Part shown: positions 21,376 to 35,400 of the stretch, one piece after another | Numbering within the stretch: the stretch's first letter is position 1 | Layout of the letters: the number at the start of each line of letters is the position of its first letter | Assembly: GCA_965235115.1 (NCBI GenBank) | Contig: OZ249436.1 | Span: forward strand, 10,046,001 to 10,110,000 | DNA: 64,000 nucleotides | Source: Laetmonice hystrix | Taxonomy: Eukaryota | Direction: 5' to 3' | Translations under genes and position numbers: made by a program | Notes under the pieces: generated by a model | The model's input: the letters and a program-made list of their open reading frames with translations, nothing else | What the model was told of the DNA's origin: nothing | The model's database searches: none

Positions 21376-24300
21376 CTGAGCAACCAGAGCATCATAATTA
21401 AAACACTAGACGGGTTATTGATGAAAATACATGTAATAATATAATATAAAGGAACAATAAAGGCATAAAATAGCCGCCTGGGAACAAGTCAGCAAGCTGC
21501 CGAATAGTCCGGTGGAAGGACTTCCCTTTTCGTAACGCTGTGGTGTGGCAGTGATTAGGCCGTGAGGGATTCTATATCAGTATTCTTACCCGTGACGTCA
21601 TGGCAGTTCCCTGACTTGAGCCCAGGCCTGCATACCAATTAGGCGTTTAAGACGACAGTGCATTCTTGATGCATCAGTTTACATAATAGGTATGTATAAA
21701 TAGAACAAAGAGATCTAGAAAACTTACCTGTCGATAGCGATAGCAGTAAGGGTACTGACAGATGCACTGACAGCCACACCTTGTAGAAAAGGGGTGGCTT
21801 TACACATGACAGCACCGAACCGCCACCCTGCAAATATATGTGCATAACGACTGCATAAAACACAAACCATGTCAAGAAGGAGGCATGCTTTATAATAAAA
21901 AAGGCGGCCTATACTGTTACAAATATAGGCCTTAGTGTTCGCGACGTTATGTGGTATACTGAAGAGGTAGTTACCATATCGTCAGTACTGTAGCGTTATT
22001 CGTCGGCAGATATACATTATAATAATGCACCTAGAACTAAAAGCTGTAGTATAGACCAAAGGACCATCACCTGTTGATGTACAAAAACTTCTAGAATGTG
22101 ATCATGCTATAACAATTCTAACCAGCGTTCTGCAGCATACGGATGCGTCGTAGCGTTCCACGATATATTGTTGTATGTATAGTGGAATCAATGTTTTTAA
22201 AGGGGAGGCGGCGGCCTCGGCAACAGGAACTGCGAGGGATTCTATGAGAGCAAATAATCAAATCCTTGTTGATGAAGTACAATCCCACACAACATCTTGC
22301 AATATAGTCCCGCCGGTTTCGGAGAGAAAGAACTTTAAAATATATAGAAAAGTGAAACAGAGTTTGTTACTGCGCACGGTTTCAAAAGGCACAGACCAGC
22401 TTCCACTGCCTACCGCTAAGAAATGCATGCATTTTCATTGATTTCTCCTTTCTTCCTAACAAGATCTTCAATTGGAATTTTAGCCGAAAATTGGATGATC
22501 CAAAATTCACTTTTATCTGTCTGAACATAAATATTGGTGAACCATGCACAATCTTTAAAAAAGACTGCATCCCCCACGACATGATTCCAGGCACATGACT
22601 ACATATCGATCTGGTCCGTTTTAATCCAATTTCCCAGATGAGAAGTTGTAGATATTTTAGATTCTTTGAAATAAACCCCAATGAGGGTGTAACATTCGAA
22701 AGGAATTCTGAGCATGAAATTATTGGTACGTTTTCTTTGACTTAGATCTCATGGCCTGCTGACGTCATTATGGTCTATTTACGGAAGAGAATACAGCAAA
22801 CTTCTTCCGGTACTCCCCCTTCCCCTTTAGCAAAGTCCTTGGATGGATTCCTGCCTCTCGCCAGTGAGCTACCATTGATGTCAAAATCATTTGATATTTT
22901 AGATAGTATTGAATCGGCTGACCCCTCAGATCAGGCCTGGAAACACACATGTATTTTCTCTGACCCCTCAGATCGGGCCTGGAAACACACATGTATTTTC
23001 TCTGACCCCTCAGATCGGGCCTGGGAACACACATGTATTTTCTCTGACCCCTCAGATCGGGCCTGGAAACACACATGTATTTTCTCTGACCCCTCAGATC
23101 GGGCCTGGGAACACACATGTATTTTCTCTGACCCCTCAGATCGGGCCTGGAAACACACATGTATTCTCTCTGACCCCTCAGATCGGGCCTGGGAACACAC
23201 ATGTATTCTCTCTGACCCCTCAGATCGGGCCTGGAAACACACATGTATTCTCTCTGACCCCTCAGATCGGGCCTGGAAACACACATGTATTCTCTCTGAC
23301 CCCTCAGATCGGGCCTGGAAACACACATGTATGTATTCTCAAGGCACGTAAAGCAAACAAACAGAACGGAAAATAACCTGTAATGAAAGCGAAAGCAAGC
23401 GAATTCCCATGAGAAGCCCAGGCTATATTGATTATTAGTTTATATGCAGGTGCACCTTGTAGGTGGTGTCAGGTGTGGCGGTTCGAAACCGTTAGCAGGG
23501 ACATGCCCTTTGGTGTGAACGACAGACTCAGGCCGCAGGCGTACCATATCACCACGAGCAGATCATGTGCCCAAGGCCCCTTAGGTCAACGACGGGCAGT
23601 AATGAGCAATGGGATGAACCTTGTTTGTCAGTGGTAATGGTGATGGAACTGGAAACAAGCTGTCCATATAGACAACGTCCGTGCCATTACCGCAAACAAA
23701 TGAATTTTTACGCCAGGTTTCCGTCGAGACAGAACTTTTGACGTATAGAGTCGAAACACTTCGTTAAGTTCTTAAAATGAACTGTCTTTGTCGTTCCTTG
23801 TCAAGGTCTGATGACGTAAGTGGGAAGAAATATAAGATTGGAATCTAGTTTATGGGGTTGCATTATGTGTGGATTGTAGTCACAATATTAAAAACATATA
23901 TTTTTCTTAAATGCAGAACATAAAGTATTTGCGAGGTATTCTTCTACATCATGTAAATGAATGTCAAATGTAGAGGAATTGAACATGACATCGGAAAAAT
24001 GACAAAAGAAAACCTTGACGGTTTCCCAATGTGACTAAAAATAAATAAATCCCCTTACCAGTGTTCCTTTATAACATAATGATCATGTCATGTACATAGG
24101 TGCTGTGATATTTCAGTCCGACCTTTGATTTGTGAACATATCGTGCTTCCACCAAGGCGACCAGAATATAATTAGAGAGAAAAAGGAGCCACAACATTTC
24201 CACATGATTTACAACAACATCATGGCCGGTAGTTGGTAGCCGAATCAAAACGAATAACAGGTACGATATCTATAGGGATTGACTGCTGCTCCCTTGAGGA

Positions 24301-27300
24301 GCCCCCTGCAGCTGTCGTACAAATGTCTAAGTCCGCCTAAAATGCAGGTCTGATGGACCTACATCCATAGGGCTTGTAGCTGGGGCTTGTAGCTTCATAC
24401 AATGTACCATAATCCTAACTTTAACTCTAATGCATATGTATAATTTTCCTAATTATATTGTCTTACATCACGTAAAAGAAGACCTATGACCTGCATACCC
24501 AGGAATGCAGGTCCGGCGGACTTCCATCCCGGTGGACTTGCATTCCTTTTACACCTTCACCACGGAACGGGTTGGTCTTTTCTCAGGCTTCAGATATACG
24601 AACGGTTGGGCTGCGATTACCATGCAGTGATCGTGTTTTGTACTCATACTCGATACGTGCACAGTTCTGACAGTGGACGAAACGCTTTCATGTCCATTAA
24701 TAACCGGCATGTCCTCTGCCAGTCGTCGGTCTATAACCGTTATTGGAGTTGTAGAGTGCGCCACATGCCTTCACTCCATATAGGGCCGATAGATTGTAAT
24801 GACTGTCCTGCAGGACATCCGCCATATCACATAACGTCAATTCATTGAATGCTGAAGCTGTCATGTGTATTACTTCTACAGAGTTCCCAGGAAAGGGTAG
24901 GGGGAGGTACTTCCTCAGACACGAGGCACTACTAATAACAGAACGACATATTATCGACTGGCGGATATTGACCAAAGACGTTGAAGTATTTCTAAGAATC
25001 ACACGATGGGACCCTAAGGCCAATGAAACATCAAATTAGGCACATCTTATCAGCCACCACAGATAATACTTCTCCAGGCTCTCTCTGCATCAGGGCGCAA
25101 TTGTTCCCCAGCCACCGATGGCAAAACGTTCTTGTTGAACAGGTCTCAATCGACCAGACTCCGCCTTTTGTGTTCGTCTATAGCGCTTGCGGCGTGAGGT
25201 CTCGTACATGGACATCGTATAGGCAGTCAAATATCGACGTATGGAAACTATGACTAGGCGGAGAGCGTGACACGTACAGGAGCATGCCCCTATAATTGCA
25301 TTAGCCGTATACTTACTTGGAGGAAAATTCTACTGCTATCCTCCCTGGACAGTGCAAAATAGGGATATAGAACCTACTGCATAAATGCAACGTATTGCAG
25401 ACCAAAGAGTTTTTAAAATTACGTTTCGTTAAACACAACGTTATGTATTCGTAATAAAAACGATGCTTTGGCACCGCAGTCCCTGTGTTCATCGACACAG
25501 CTCGATGATGAACAAATTCTCAGCTGATTGAGCCCTGATTAATGTACGTTTCCTGTCGTACCGCCCTACCGACAAGAGGCTAATCTTCGCTTACTTCTGG
25601 TACGCATGTCTGTGATATACAGCGTTAGGTAGACACTATAAGACCCCAGCTAATGTTGGGACAGCGGCCTGGAATGAGGCCGACACGTCCAATAAGATAA
25701 TGATCATATAAATAATGGTGATGGTGATGGGGGAGGGGGGTTACCTCCATCAACCTTACGATATGTAAATGTTGGGAAATACACTGGAGGAAAGACTGCC
25801 CCCCGGGTGTTTAACTGTAATCACAGTCGTGCTTTACGGCAAAGCTCCATGAGATCATTAGGACTAATTACTCGCGCGGCTTCTGTTAAATTCCAAAATG
25901 GAAGATCTACATCGTGCAGGAGAAACGTGCACGGTACACCAAAAAAACCCCAGAATTGACAAATGATTTGCGAAATGGTTCGTCAGCTTAATAGAGCCCC
26001 TTATGCTTTATATCAAAGAGAAGGATTTCAATGGAATCCATAGATATGGTAGGATAAGAAGCGTGTTATTTACAACCATAAAAAAAACAGTTGCATTTCA
26101 TACAAAAAATACGTAATAAGGGTAAACGCATTATCACATCAAATAAAACATGGAATAAAACATATTGTGAGAAGAATATAAGAGTAAGAATATAATTTAA
26201 GAACACAAAATAAGTAATTAAAACCGAGATCATAAAAGGACCATTATAATTGGCAATTCAGGCACCATGGAATGAGGGAAGCGTCCAGTTCTACATCCAG
26301 TTGGAATAATAATTATAGGGTCGAAGGTCGCACTGAATGTGCCTAGATCCTATGTGTAGTATCCGGACGCATGCCGCAGTACGGTGGCCGGTTAGTGCCA
26401 ACAACGATTACAAAAGAGGAAACACGTTTACAAATTAAAAACGACGAATGCAAAAGAGAAAACACGTTTACAAATTAAAAACGACGAATGCAAAAGAGAA
26501 AACACAAACGCAAAAGTTAGAACGGCGATTACAAAACAGAAACCACGACCACAAATTCAAAAACGCAAAAACAAAAGAGAAAACACAAACGCAAACGCCA
26601 AAACGGCAATTACAAAACAAAAACCGCGAAAACAAATTCAAACACGCAAATGCAAGAGAGAGATCACAAACGCGAACAACAAGTTGGCGTGTAGCACGCT
26701 TACAAGAATGGTATCCATGTTCGGGGCCCAGGGACGACCAGGGCGAGTCTAAGTGGACAGGGGTGTTTGCACTCTGACTAGTTCTGGCGATACTGAGACG
26801 CTGCGGTAGGAGATTGGCATAAGGGAGCCAAAGTCTCGGACATGCGCAACTCGTTCCAATTCCTACTAGGGCGGAAACTGTCCACGGGTGTGACTAATTA
26901 CCGAAATCTACCGGAATATACCGAAATCTACCGGAATCTACCGAAATCCAGAAACCCCATGACTAATTACCGAAATCGACCCCCAAAATTACCGAAATCG
27001 ACCTCTAGTTGTGTTTGAGAGCCCACAAACTTACCGAAATTGACCTCTAGAACTTTGTGTTTGGGAGCCCCCAAACTTACCGAAATCGACCTCTAATAGT
27101 ATTGGGAAGCCCCGAGACTTACCAAAATCGACCTCTGTAATTGGGTTTAGGAGCCCCTAAAATTACCGAAATCGACCTCTATAGTTGTGTTTGGGAGCCC
27201 CAAACTTACCGAAGTGGACCTCTAGTTGTGTTTGAGAGCCCCCAAACTTACCGAAATCGACCTCTAGTTGTGTTTAGGAGCCCCCAAACTTACTGAAATC

Positions 27301-30300
27301 AACCTCTAATTGGGTTTATAGGAGCCCCCCAAATTACCGAAATCGACCTCTAGTGTTGTTTGGGAGCCCCCAAACTTACCGAAATCGACCTCTAGTTGTG
27401 TTTGGGAGCCCCCAGATTTCGGTAAGTTTGGGGGCTCCCAACCCCAATTAGAGGTCGATTTCGGTAAGTTTGGGGGCTCCCAAACCCAATTAGAGTGGGT
27501 CGATTTCCGTAAGTTTGGGGACTCCCAAACACAACTAGAGGTCGATTTCGGAAGTTTGGGGGGTCCCAAACACAACTAGAGGTCCATTTCAGGAAGTTTG
27601 GGGGCTCCCAAACACAACTAGAGTTCCATTTCGGTAAGTTTGGGGGTCGATTTCGGTAATTAGTCATGGGGTTTCTGAATGCCGGTAGATTTCGGTAGAT
27701 TTCGGTAATTAGTCACACCGGTGCGGGGGTCGGTGCCCCCGCCCGGTGCCCCCGCCCCGCCCCGGCAACGCCCCTGCCCCCCCCCCGACAATGACCCCCC
27801 TAAATTCGCGCCTGGCCCGTTGGATCCGCCACTGCATGGACGGAGGAGCCACGCCAAAGCCCAAACACGCTAAAAAGGTTGCCTTTGGAACGAGTTTGAG
27901 AATGTGCCTCCCAACTCGAAGTCGAAGTTTACGTCGAAGTCGAAGTTATGGTCGGTGTCTCAGTAAATGTATGTACGTCGAGCTGGAAGTCGAAGAATTT
28001 TCCTTCAGGTATTCCATCAGCCTCGGTAGATGTCACCTCAGCTCACCCCTGTCCCACATTTACACTTAGACTCGTCCTGGTCGACTCTCGGCCCGGAACA
28101 TGGATATCCTTTTTGTAAACGTGCTTCACGCCAAGTTGTTGTTTGTGGTGTGAGAGGGATTTGTATTCATCGTTTTTGCTTTTGTATTTGTCGTTTTGAA
28201 TTTGTATTCTTCGTTTTGAATTTGTATTTGTCGTTTTTGCTTTTGTATTTGTCGTTTTGCTTTTGTATTCGTCGTTTTGAATTTGTATTTGTCGTTTTGC
28301 TTTTGTATTTGTCGTTTTGCTTTTGTATTCGTCGTTTTGAATTTGTATTCGTCGTTGGCACTAATCGGCCACCGTACCGCAGGGCCCGGTTTTTAGTTTG
28401 CAAACCAAGTCTGAAGATTCAAATCTTGAGACTGAACTCTTGTTCCAGAGCTTCTGATTGGTCCTTCAAATGAAGTCAGCCAATGAGAGACCATTACACA
28501 AGTCAGTCTTAAAATTCCAGTCTTAAGATTGGAAAAAAATGACGAAATAAAAACCGGGTTCTGGTGTTTATGTAGCCTGCGATGAGTGGATCATCTCCAC
28601 CAGGACGTCAGTGGTGTACGTGCCACCAATGATGCCAAACTGGCGGCGTCTGGCTGCGGCTGTCACGCTCCACTTGAGTACAATGGACACAAAGACTTTA
28701 CGGACAATAGGCGTGAGAGGGATGGGCTGTATTTCTTTCAATAGTTGTTGGGGACTTTTTAGACAATGGAACAATTGCATACCTGCCAACATTTGGTCGA
28801 CGGAATCCGGAATCATCCCAAAGTGACTTTTGATACTCTCTCTATGGGCCCCTTTCCTTTATCCATCTCTCTCTATTCCTCTCCATTACTGACAGAAAGC
28901 ACAACTCTGATTTACTAAACTTAGTGTAGAGATCTAGTTATATGGCAGGGACCATAAACGATATTTTTGCCAGTGAAACTCTGCCATAAGCGAGAGATTT
29001 AACATGTATTTGGAGGGAATCTATACTTATTCTGTAAATTTTATGATTCCGTAATATTTAGAGAGTAGTCCGGAATGCGGAATACCTCATTAAAATGCGG
29101 AAAGATTCCGCAGAATGCGGAAGGGTTGGCAGGTATGCAATTGTTGCGGTTTTCCACAGACTTGGTACTATGCCCTCCCGTAGTGAACTATTAAAGATAC
29201 AGGCAAGGGGCGGTGCTAACACATTGCTAAAGTCACGTAGGATCCAGGCTGGGGGTGTTATCAGGTCCTGTAGCCTTGTTGATCTTGACTTTGCTGAGTG
29301 CATCTCTTGTATAGATATACTCGTCGGGTAGATGGTCCTGAAGGTCAAATATAGGATGTGACTCAGTCAGTCTGGGCATCTCACTACTAACTGAGATTAG
29401 GAATTCGTTAATTCTGTCGGATAGAGCTTGCATATCGCCATCCGTGTTCCTGCTAATCTGAGTCGCTTCCCCGTGACAAGCCCATCAGGGACTTCATATG
29501 TTTCCGCCATTACCTAGATGACATATTCTCCAGGTCGGCGATGTTCGATCGGTACAACTGGTGGCGTCGTCGTCATGCTTGGCGGTTGACTCGGTTGCGA
29601 TGTTTGTTGAACAGTTCAAAGTTTGTCATTAGAATGTCTTGTAACAGTTTTAAACAAGGATTTCGATAGAATCCATATAATTATTAGGTGTGCGTGTTGT
29701 AGCCTATACAATAAGGAGACAGATCGATGTGTCTGCATGAAACCATATAGGCCCCTACAGGAAACTCCAGGAAAGGCGGGGGGGGGGGGGGCACCCATGG
29801 TTGTTTATGGTATGGTGAAGCTATTAGACGTATAGATTTATTTTAAACCACCTATCGTTAACGCGGCGTGGAGAGATACATGGATGGCAGTAATAAAGAA
29901 GAGTGGGTTCTAGTATTACTTTGAAGGGACATGTCTCCTTCTTGACAGAGAAGCTGAATGGAGCCATACTGCATGTTACATGGTTCATGGTTCATGAGTG
30001 GCGTATCCAGGGGGGTTTCCAAGTATCCCGGACCCCCCCTTAAAAAATTACTATGTTAAGGACATTTTTGGTAAAAAAGGGGTGTAAAATGCATTATTTT
30101 AACCAACGGAAACCTTCATATTTCCACACAAGATGTCCTGAGATTGCATTATTTGATGCCTTTTTGTTAAATTTCCTAGAGGAGCATGGCCTAATGGCCA
30201 TCTCTGAAGTACCTAAATTTGGGAAACCCCCCTTAAAAAATTTCTGGAAACGCCACTGTTCATGCATGGTTCATGTTACATGGTTCATGGTTGTCCAGTA

Positions 30301-32441
30301 GAGCCCAATGTTTGACGATGCTAGACTAGGTCCTCTCAAGTTTCTCTCTTAGTTTTAAAACTAAAAGACGTAAAAGGAGATTCAGCATTATGGTCAGTTT
30401 CAGACATTATTGAAATTATTCTCTGTGAAATCGTACGTCCGATGGTTACAGAAGCTTTGCTACGCCGAAAGCTTTAGAAATCTCCTCAGCGATGTTGTTC
30501 TAACTGTACTTGTATTTACGTAAATGAATGCCTTCTCGTGTGACGAAAGATTGACTTATTGAACAAGCCGCATTCTGTTACTTCATATTACTTCGTCACT
30601 TTAACGGAAGAATGGATTAGGTTCTAAAAGACGCTGCTACATGACACATTTCAGACGGTGAAGCATTATCACATTAGACATTAGGAGAAGTGCTACCACA
30701 AGATTATCTTTTAATAATCACACGCTCTAAATTACGAAGCATGAATAAGAGAAACACGTAAATGATATTTTACGTCCTTACTGCGAGATGGCATGATGGA
30801 AGTGGCTTGTGATTTTAATGACATAGCACAAAACACAAGCCGAACCAATCTCCCTGGCTGCGGTCTTCTGTAGAATTCCTAGTTATTATTAATTTATATC
30901 GCGAGCTCGATATTGGCACCAGCTGCCCACTTGTAGGGATGGTCTCCATATATCCGATTACTGGCAGAATACAAACCTCTCACCAGTGGTGTTTGCACCC
31001 TCTTGAGCGGATACTGTTACCTGACATAGACGAAAATATTTCTCGACACGCTTCTGTGACGCACTGTTCTTACAATATTAGGACACAGAAAATAATATAT
31101 AAAATGGAACTACACATGTGCATGGGTACACGGAGCCCAGATTTTGTTGCTAAGTTTATTAAAAATACAGCTAAACGCTAATACCAGCAAGAAAATCTTA
31201 AAGCAAATAACAAATATCTCTTATTTCAATGATTCCAAAATGCAGACATGGGTTGTTAGGATATACAAGGCATTCCAGTTGCCTGTTTTCGCTATGAAGC
31301 GATCGTCTTATGGCTGGTTGTGGACAAAATAGTTGACCCGGCATTGACATGACCAGCTAATGAAAATCATCGGGCGATGAACCACTTTGGCGAATTGCCA
31401 AACCGAGGAAGGAATCCCCATCACGTCATCGATGACGTGAGTCAGCAATAATTTTAAACTGGTAGAAAATGGCAATGTAAAGAAGGTCTGGATCGAGCGG
31501 CGATATCCAGGTGGTTGAATAAGTTGGCATAATGGCAACTTCTAACTCGACAAAGCGTTAGTATGCCTTACACAGGTGATTCCTAGGGTGCAGATGCCTC
31601 TATCCAAATTAAGGTTGATTTCGTTACTTTTAGATATACGTGATTTGCTTTAAAAATTGTGTCACAAAAAAGGCATTAAATCGCGCATTTCTTTAAAAAA
31701 AAAGGGTGCATCATCTCGGTGTGTTATGTATCGTGAGTGGTGTGTATGTTGAGACAGATCAAACCTGAAGGACACATGGCAGAGGTCAGCATGGAGCAGG
31801 GTATGAATGTGGTGTGCGACAATCGTGAGTGGTGTGTATGTTGAGACAGATCAAACCTGAAGGACACATGGCAGAGGTCAGCATGGAGCAGGGTATGAAT
31901 GTGCTGTGCGACAATCGTGAGTGGTGTGTGTATTGAGACAGATCAAACCTGAAGGACACATGGCAGAGGTCAGCATGGAGCAGGGTATGAATGTGCTGTG
32001 CGACAATCGTGAGAGGTGGGTGTATTGAGACAGATCAAACCTTAAGGACACATGGCAGAGGTCAGCATGGAGCAGGGTATGAATGTGGTGTGCGACCATC
32101 GGGTTCTTCCTCTCCATAGAGACTCGATGGCTCTCTTTCAGAAAGTTCCGATGTCTGAGAATGTGCCTAAAGCTGTAAAGAATTACATGGTCTGTCGCCG
32201 AGAAAGGCAGGCACCAAACGGCGCTATAAAATAGATCTGTGACGTGTATAGTTCTATTGTTGACATTTCACCCAATCTTAGAATAACGCGAACATCTCCC
32301 CCCACAACCAACGCCAACCGGAGGGGGGGGGGGGGGTTATGGGTGCCAAGAGGGGGGTTGTGTATGTTTTGTTTGAACATTTGAAGCAGAAAAATGACTT
32401 CATAACGGCCACTCCAATGCCACCCCACCCACCGACACATA

Positions 32442-32497
<56 letters not shown>

Positions 32498-35400
32498 AGA
32501 CAGAGATAGAGACAGAGACAGAGAGACAGTTTAAAAGTTTAAAAGGCCCCAAATCAAGTTGTCTTGTTAATCGAATACATACTTCAACAAATACATACTT
32601 TTGCCACACTGACAAGCGTGTAAGGGGATAACAAGGCTTCCGTGTGAAACCTGTATTTATATAAGTTGGAGGCGGCAGGCGCTGCTTCACACGTTCTGAT
32701 ATATAATGTTACCAGAAATTGCTTCGCAAAGGCAGGAGGCGTGCACAGTGCGGCCTTTTTACTGCCGATTTCGAGGCCTGTCAGCAGAGTGTTCGTTCTC
32801 GGATGGGCACACAAAGACCTTCTATGGAATAACTGCCAGGTAGAAATTCAGGCGTCAGCTGCAGTTGACCATTGGCTATATAGTGCACTGAAGGTCATTT
32901 CCAAAAAGAAATTACCAACTAAAGGCGCCACTGGTACTGGTTCCCAAGTAAATCAGAATAATCCATCGAGTATGCTATGGTAGTTATCGGCAAATCCGGA
33001 ACACGTAGAGGAATATTTCTGCTAAAAAAAACTTGAATAGGGAGGACGGGGTGGCGCATTAAGCATGTGTTTGCGGGTAAGGTCTGTCAAATCGATTTAC
33101 CGTTGCGGTACCTCGTCTGAAAGACCACACATGAATCCGCCCCAAACAAATCGCGAAGCGAATGATTGCATCGTCAATAACCTACATACCACAGGATATG
33201 CTCTCCTCGTGAGAAACTGAAGCCACATCGATTTCATGAATGAGATTGATTGGTTTTATCTGGAGGAAAAACGACTTACGATCGCCGTCACTTCCTCTCT
33301 ACCCGGCCAGACACGAAACGGCGTCAATTCACACTGACCTCAACATTCTGTCACAAAAACCTTGCCATTTTGATTAAAAAATGGAACTTACTTCTTACAA
33401 CCCGTATCCAAACTGACGACACCCGGATCCCTATAATATTGTTGATCATTAGTCCCTGTACTTGGACTTAATCCCAAGAGAGAGAGAGAGCGAGAGAGAG
33501 AGAGAGAGAGAGAGAGACACCCACACGTGGACGCAGTTATTTCCCATAATTGCACCGCCCACTTATTTATAAACTATGATATGAATTAATGCATGGTTTG
33601 TGCGTTTGTGCCACAGGTGAAATCTAATAGAATAACTACAAAATATATACGCCATGAATTTGGAGAAAAATAGAAAAAGATTAGCGGTCCGTTTGACAAC
33701 GAAGCATGGTTATGTTGCATATTCTGACAAAGAATTCAGAAAGTATAGTGTGTATTTTTCAGAACAATTTATGTATGGATTCCGAAGCAAACCATGCAAA
33801 AAAACAACTAAGCAGTGATATGACTTTTTATTTCGCAGGCGTCTTGTCCGTCACATCGAACTGTTTACCATCGGTCTAATAAGTGGTTGGGGCGGGGGGA
33901 CCTGTCGTCAACCATTAGCCACCTCTCGTCCTAGCATGGACAGAAGGAAACCTCCTGTTGAACTGTGAGCTCAGATGGTAGACGAGGAGGTCCTCGGCTG
34001 ATCTCGAGACAATGTGCCGCTGGCAGAGTGTTGCTCGATAAGCACCCACACATTCTCGCTATTTTCTATTGCTGGTTCTGTTATCTAAGAGCTACAACGC
34101 TCTTTTGTTGGATGGCACGTCTCATTAGCAATTTTAGTTTATTACCGGAGGTGATTTGCACTGACAGACCAAGATGAAGGTTCCAATTACAGTGGTGCGA
34201 TATGAGGCAACATGCACGGTAAAAACACTGTTTCATTCACGTTCGAAGACAACGAAGAAGTAAGAAAATAATGTTCCCCTAAAAATAGCACCAACACCGA
34301 CCATTCGCTGCATTCACGCATCCATAGGGCATGACGGGGTGCCGACATATGCTCACAAAGCACATGCTCACAAGACAATCGCTCACAAGACAATCGCTCA
34401 AACGACAAATGCTCACATGTAAAAATTTTCGTTCCTTTATAACACGTTTACACTAGCACTTTTACCCGTCGGACTTATTATGCGCCCCATAATAAGGCCC
34501 GCTCGTTAAATCCTCCGCTGACTGTCAGTTAACGGCATATTGCGTTGCATAATAAATTCCCACCCACTACAATTCCCGTTAACTGTTGTTTTTTAACGGG
34601 CACCTAAAAGGTCCCCGCTACTTTAGCGGGGCATTTTAATGGAGCGGGCGGGGATTTTTTATGTAACGGGCCCAAGAACAAAATAATCTCATTTTTATAT
34701 GGCATTTATCATGTCACAGTCAGTGCGGCATATTTGCGAGAAGGATCCTCATTGCATGCCCCAGAAGTCGACTTGTTACTTCTTCACAGTTACCGTACCT
34801 AAGTCGAAGCAAAGAGCCCATATAATTTAATTATTGTTGTATCCCCTGCGTAATTCGTATTTTCTTGCAGTTGTAGAACCGTAACCAAAGATCTCTGTCT
34901 AAAAACACAGCCTGAGAAAAGAAAAATACAAAATAGGTTGTGAGCAAATGTCGTTTTCTATTTTGGGGTTAAGGCGACCTTCCATGAGGTGCACCTCAAC
35001 CAGAGGATGCCTTTAGTAAGTTTCTATTTTAGAACCGATCGTAACCACTTCGTTTTGAAAGGAGTTCCATCAGTGACAGGCCACCTTCAAGGTGCCCTTT
35101 ATTAAGGATTTCCTTATACGAAAGGATTTCCCAAACCAATTCCTTGGCCGGCGAACAAACTTGTGCGGTTATTGCATGAAATAAATAGTCCAAATGTCTT
35201 TAAATGTCTGTATTTTATTTACTGAAACTATTGTTGGACAATATTTTGTGCCTTATAGCAATCCAAAGCACATCATTCTGCACGTTGACAATATTGCACA
35301 CGTGATCACCACCACCTTCCATTTCAAGGTCATCCTTTTCATCCGCAAACTCTTCTTCTCCTAGACCAATCGCTATAATGTGAAGTACAGCTGCCACTAC

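Noticed and set aside
21376..21395. ORF-track start MMLWLLR as the GPCR N-terminus
   Set aside because: It is intronic; a cag acceptor at 21376-21378 and upstream exons supply TM1-TM3.
23470..23500. Isolated B-box-like GGTTCGAAACC
   Set aside because: No convincing A box or tRNA cloverleaf nearby.
24486..25253. Cluster of overlapping short ORFs suggesting a decayed gene
   Set aside because: The translations I checked gave no recognisable motif; BLASTX would be needed.
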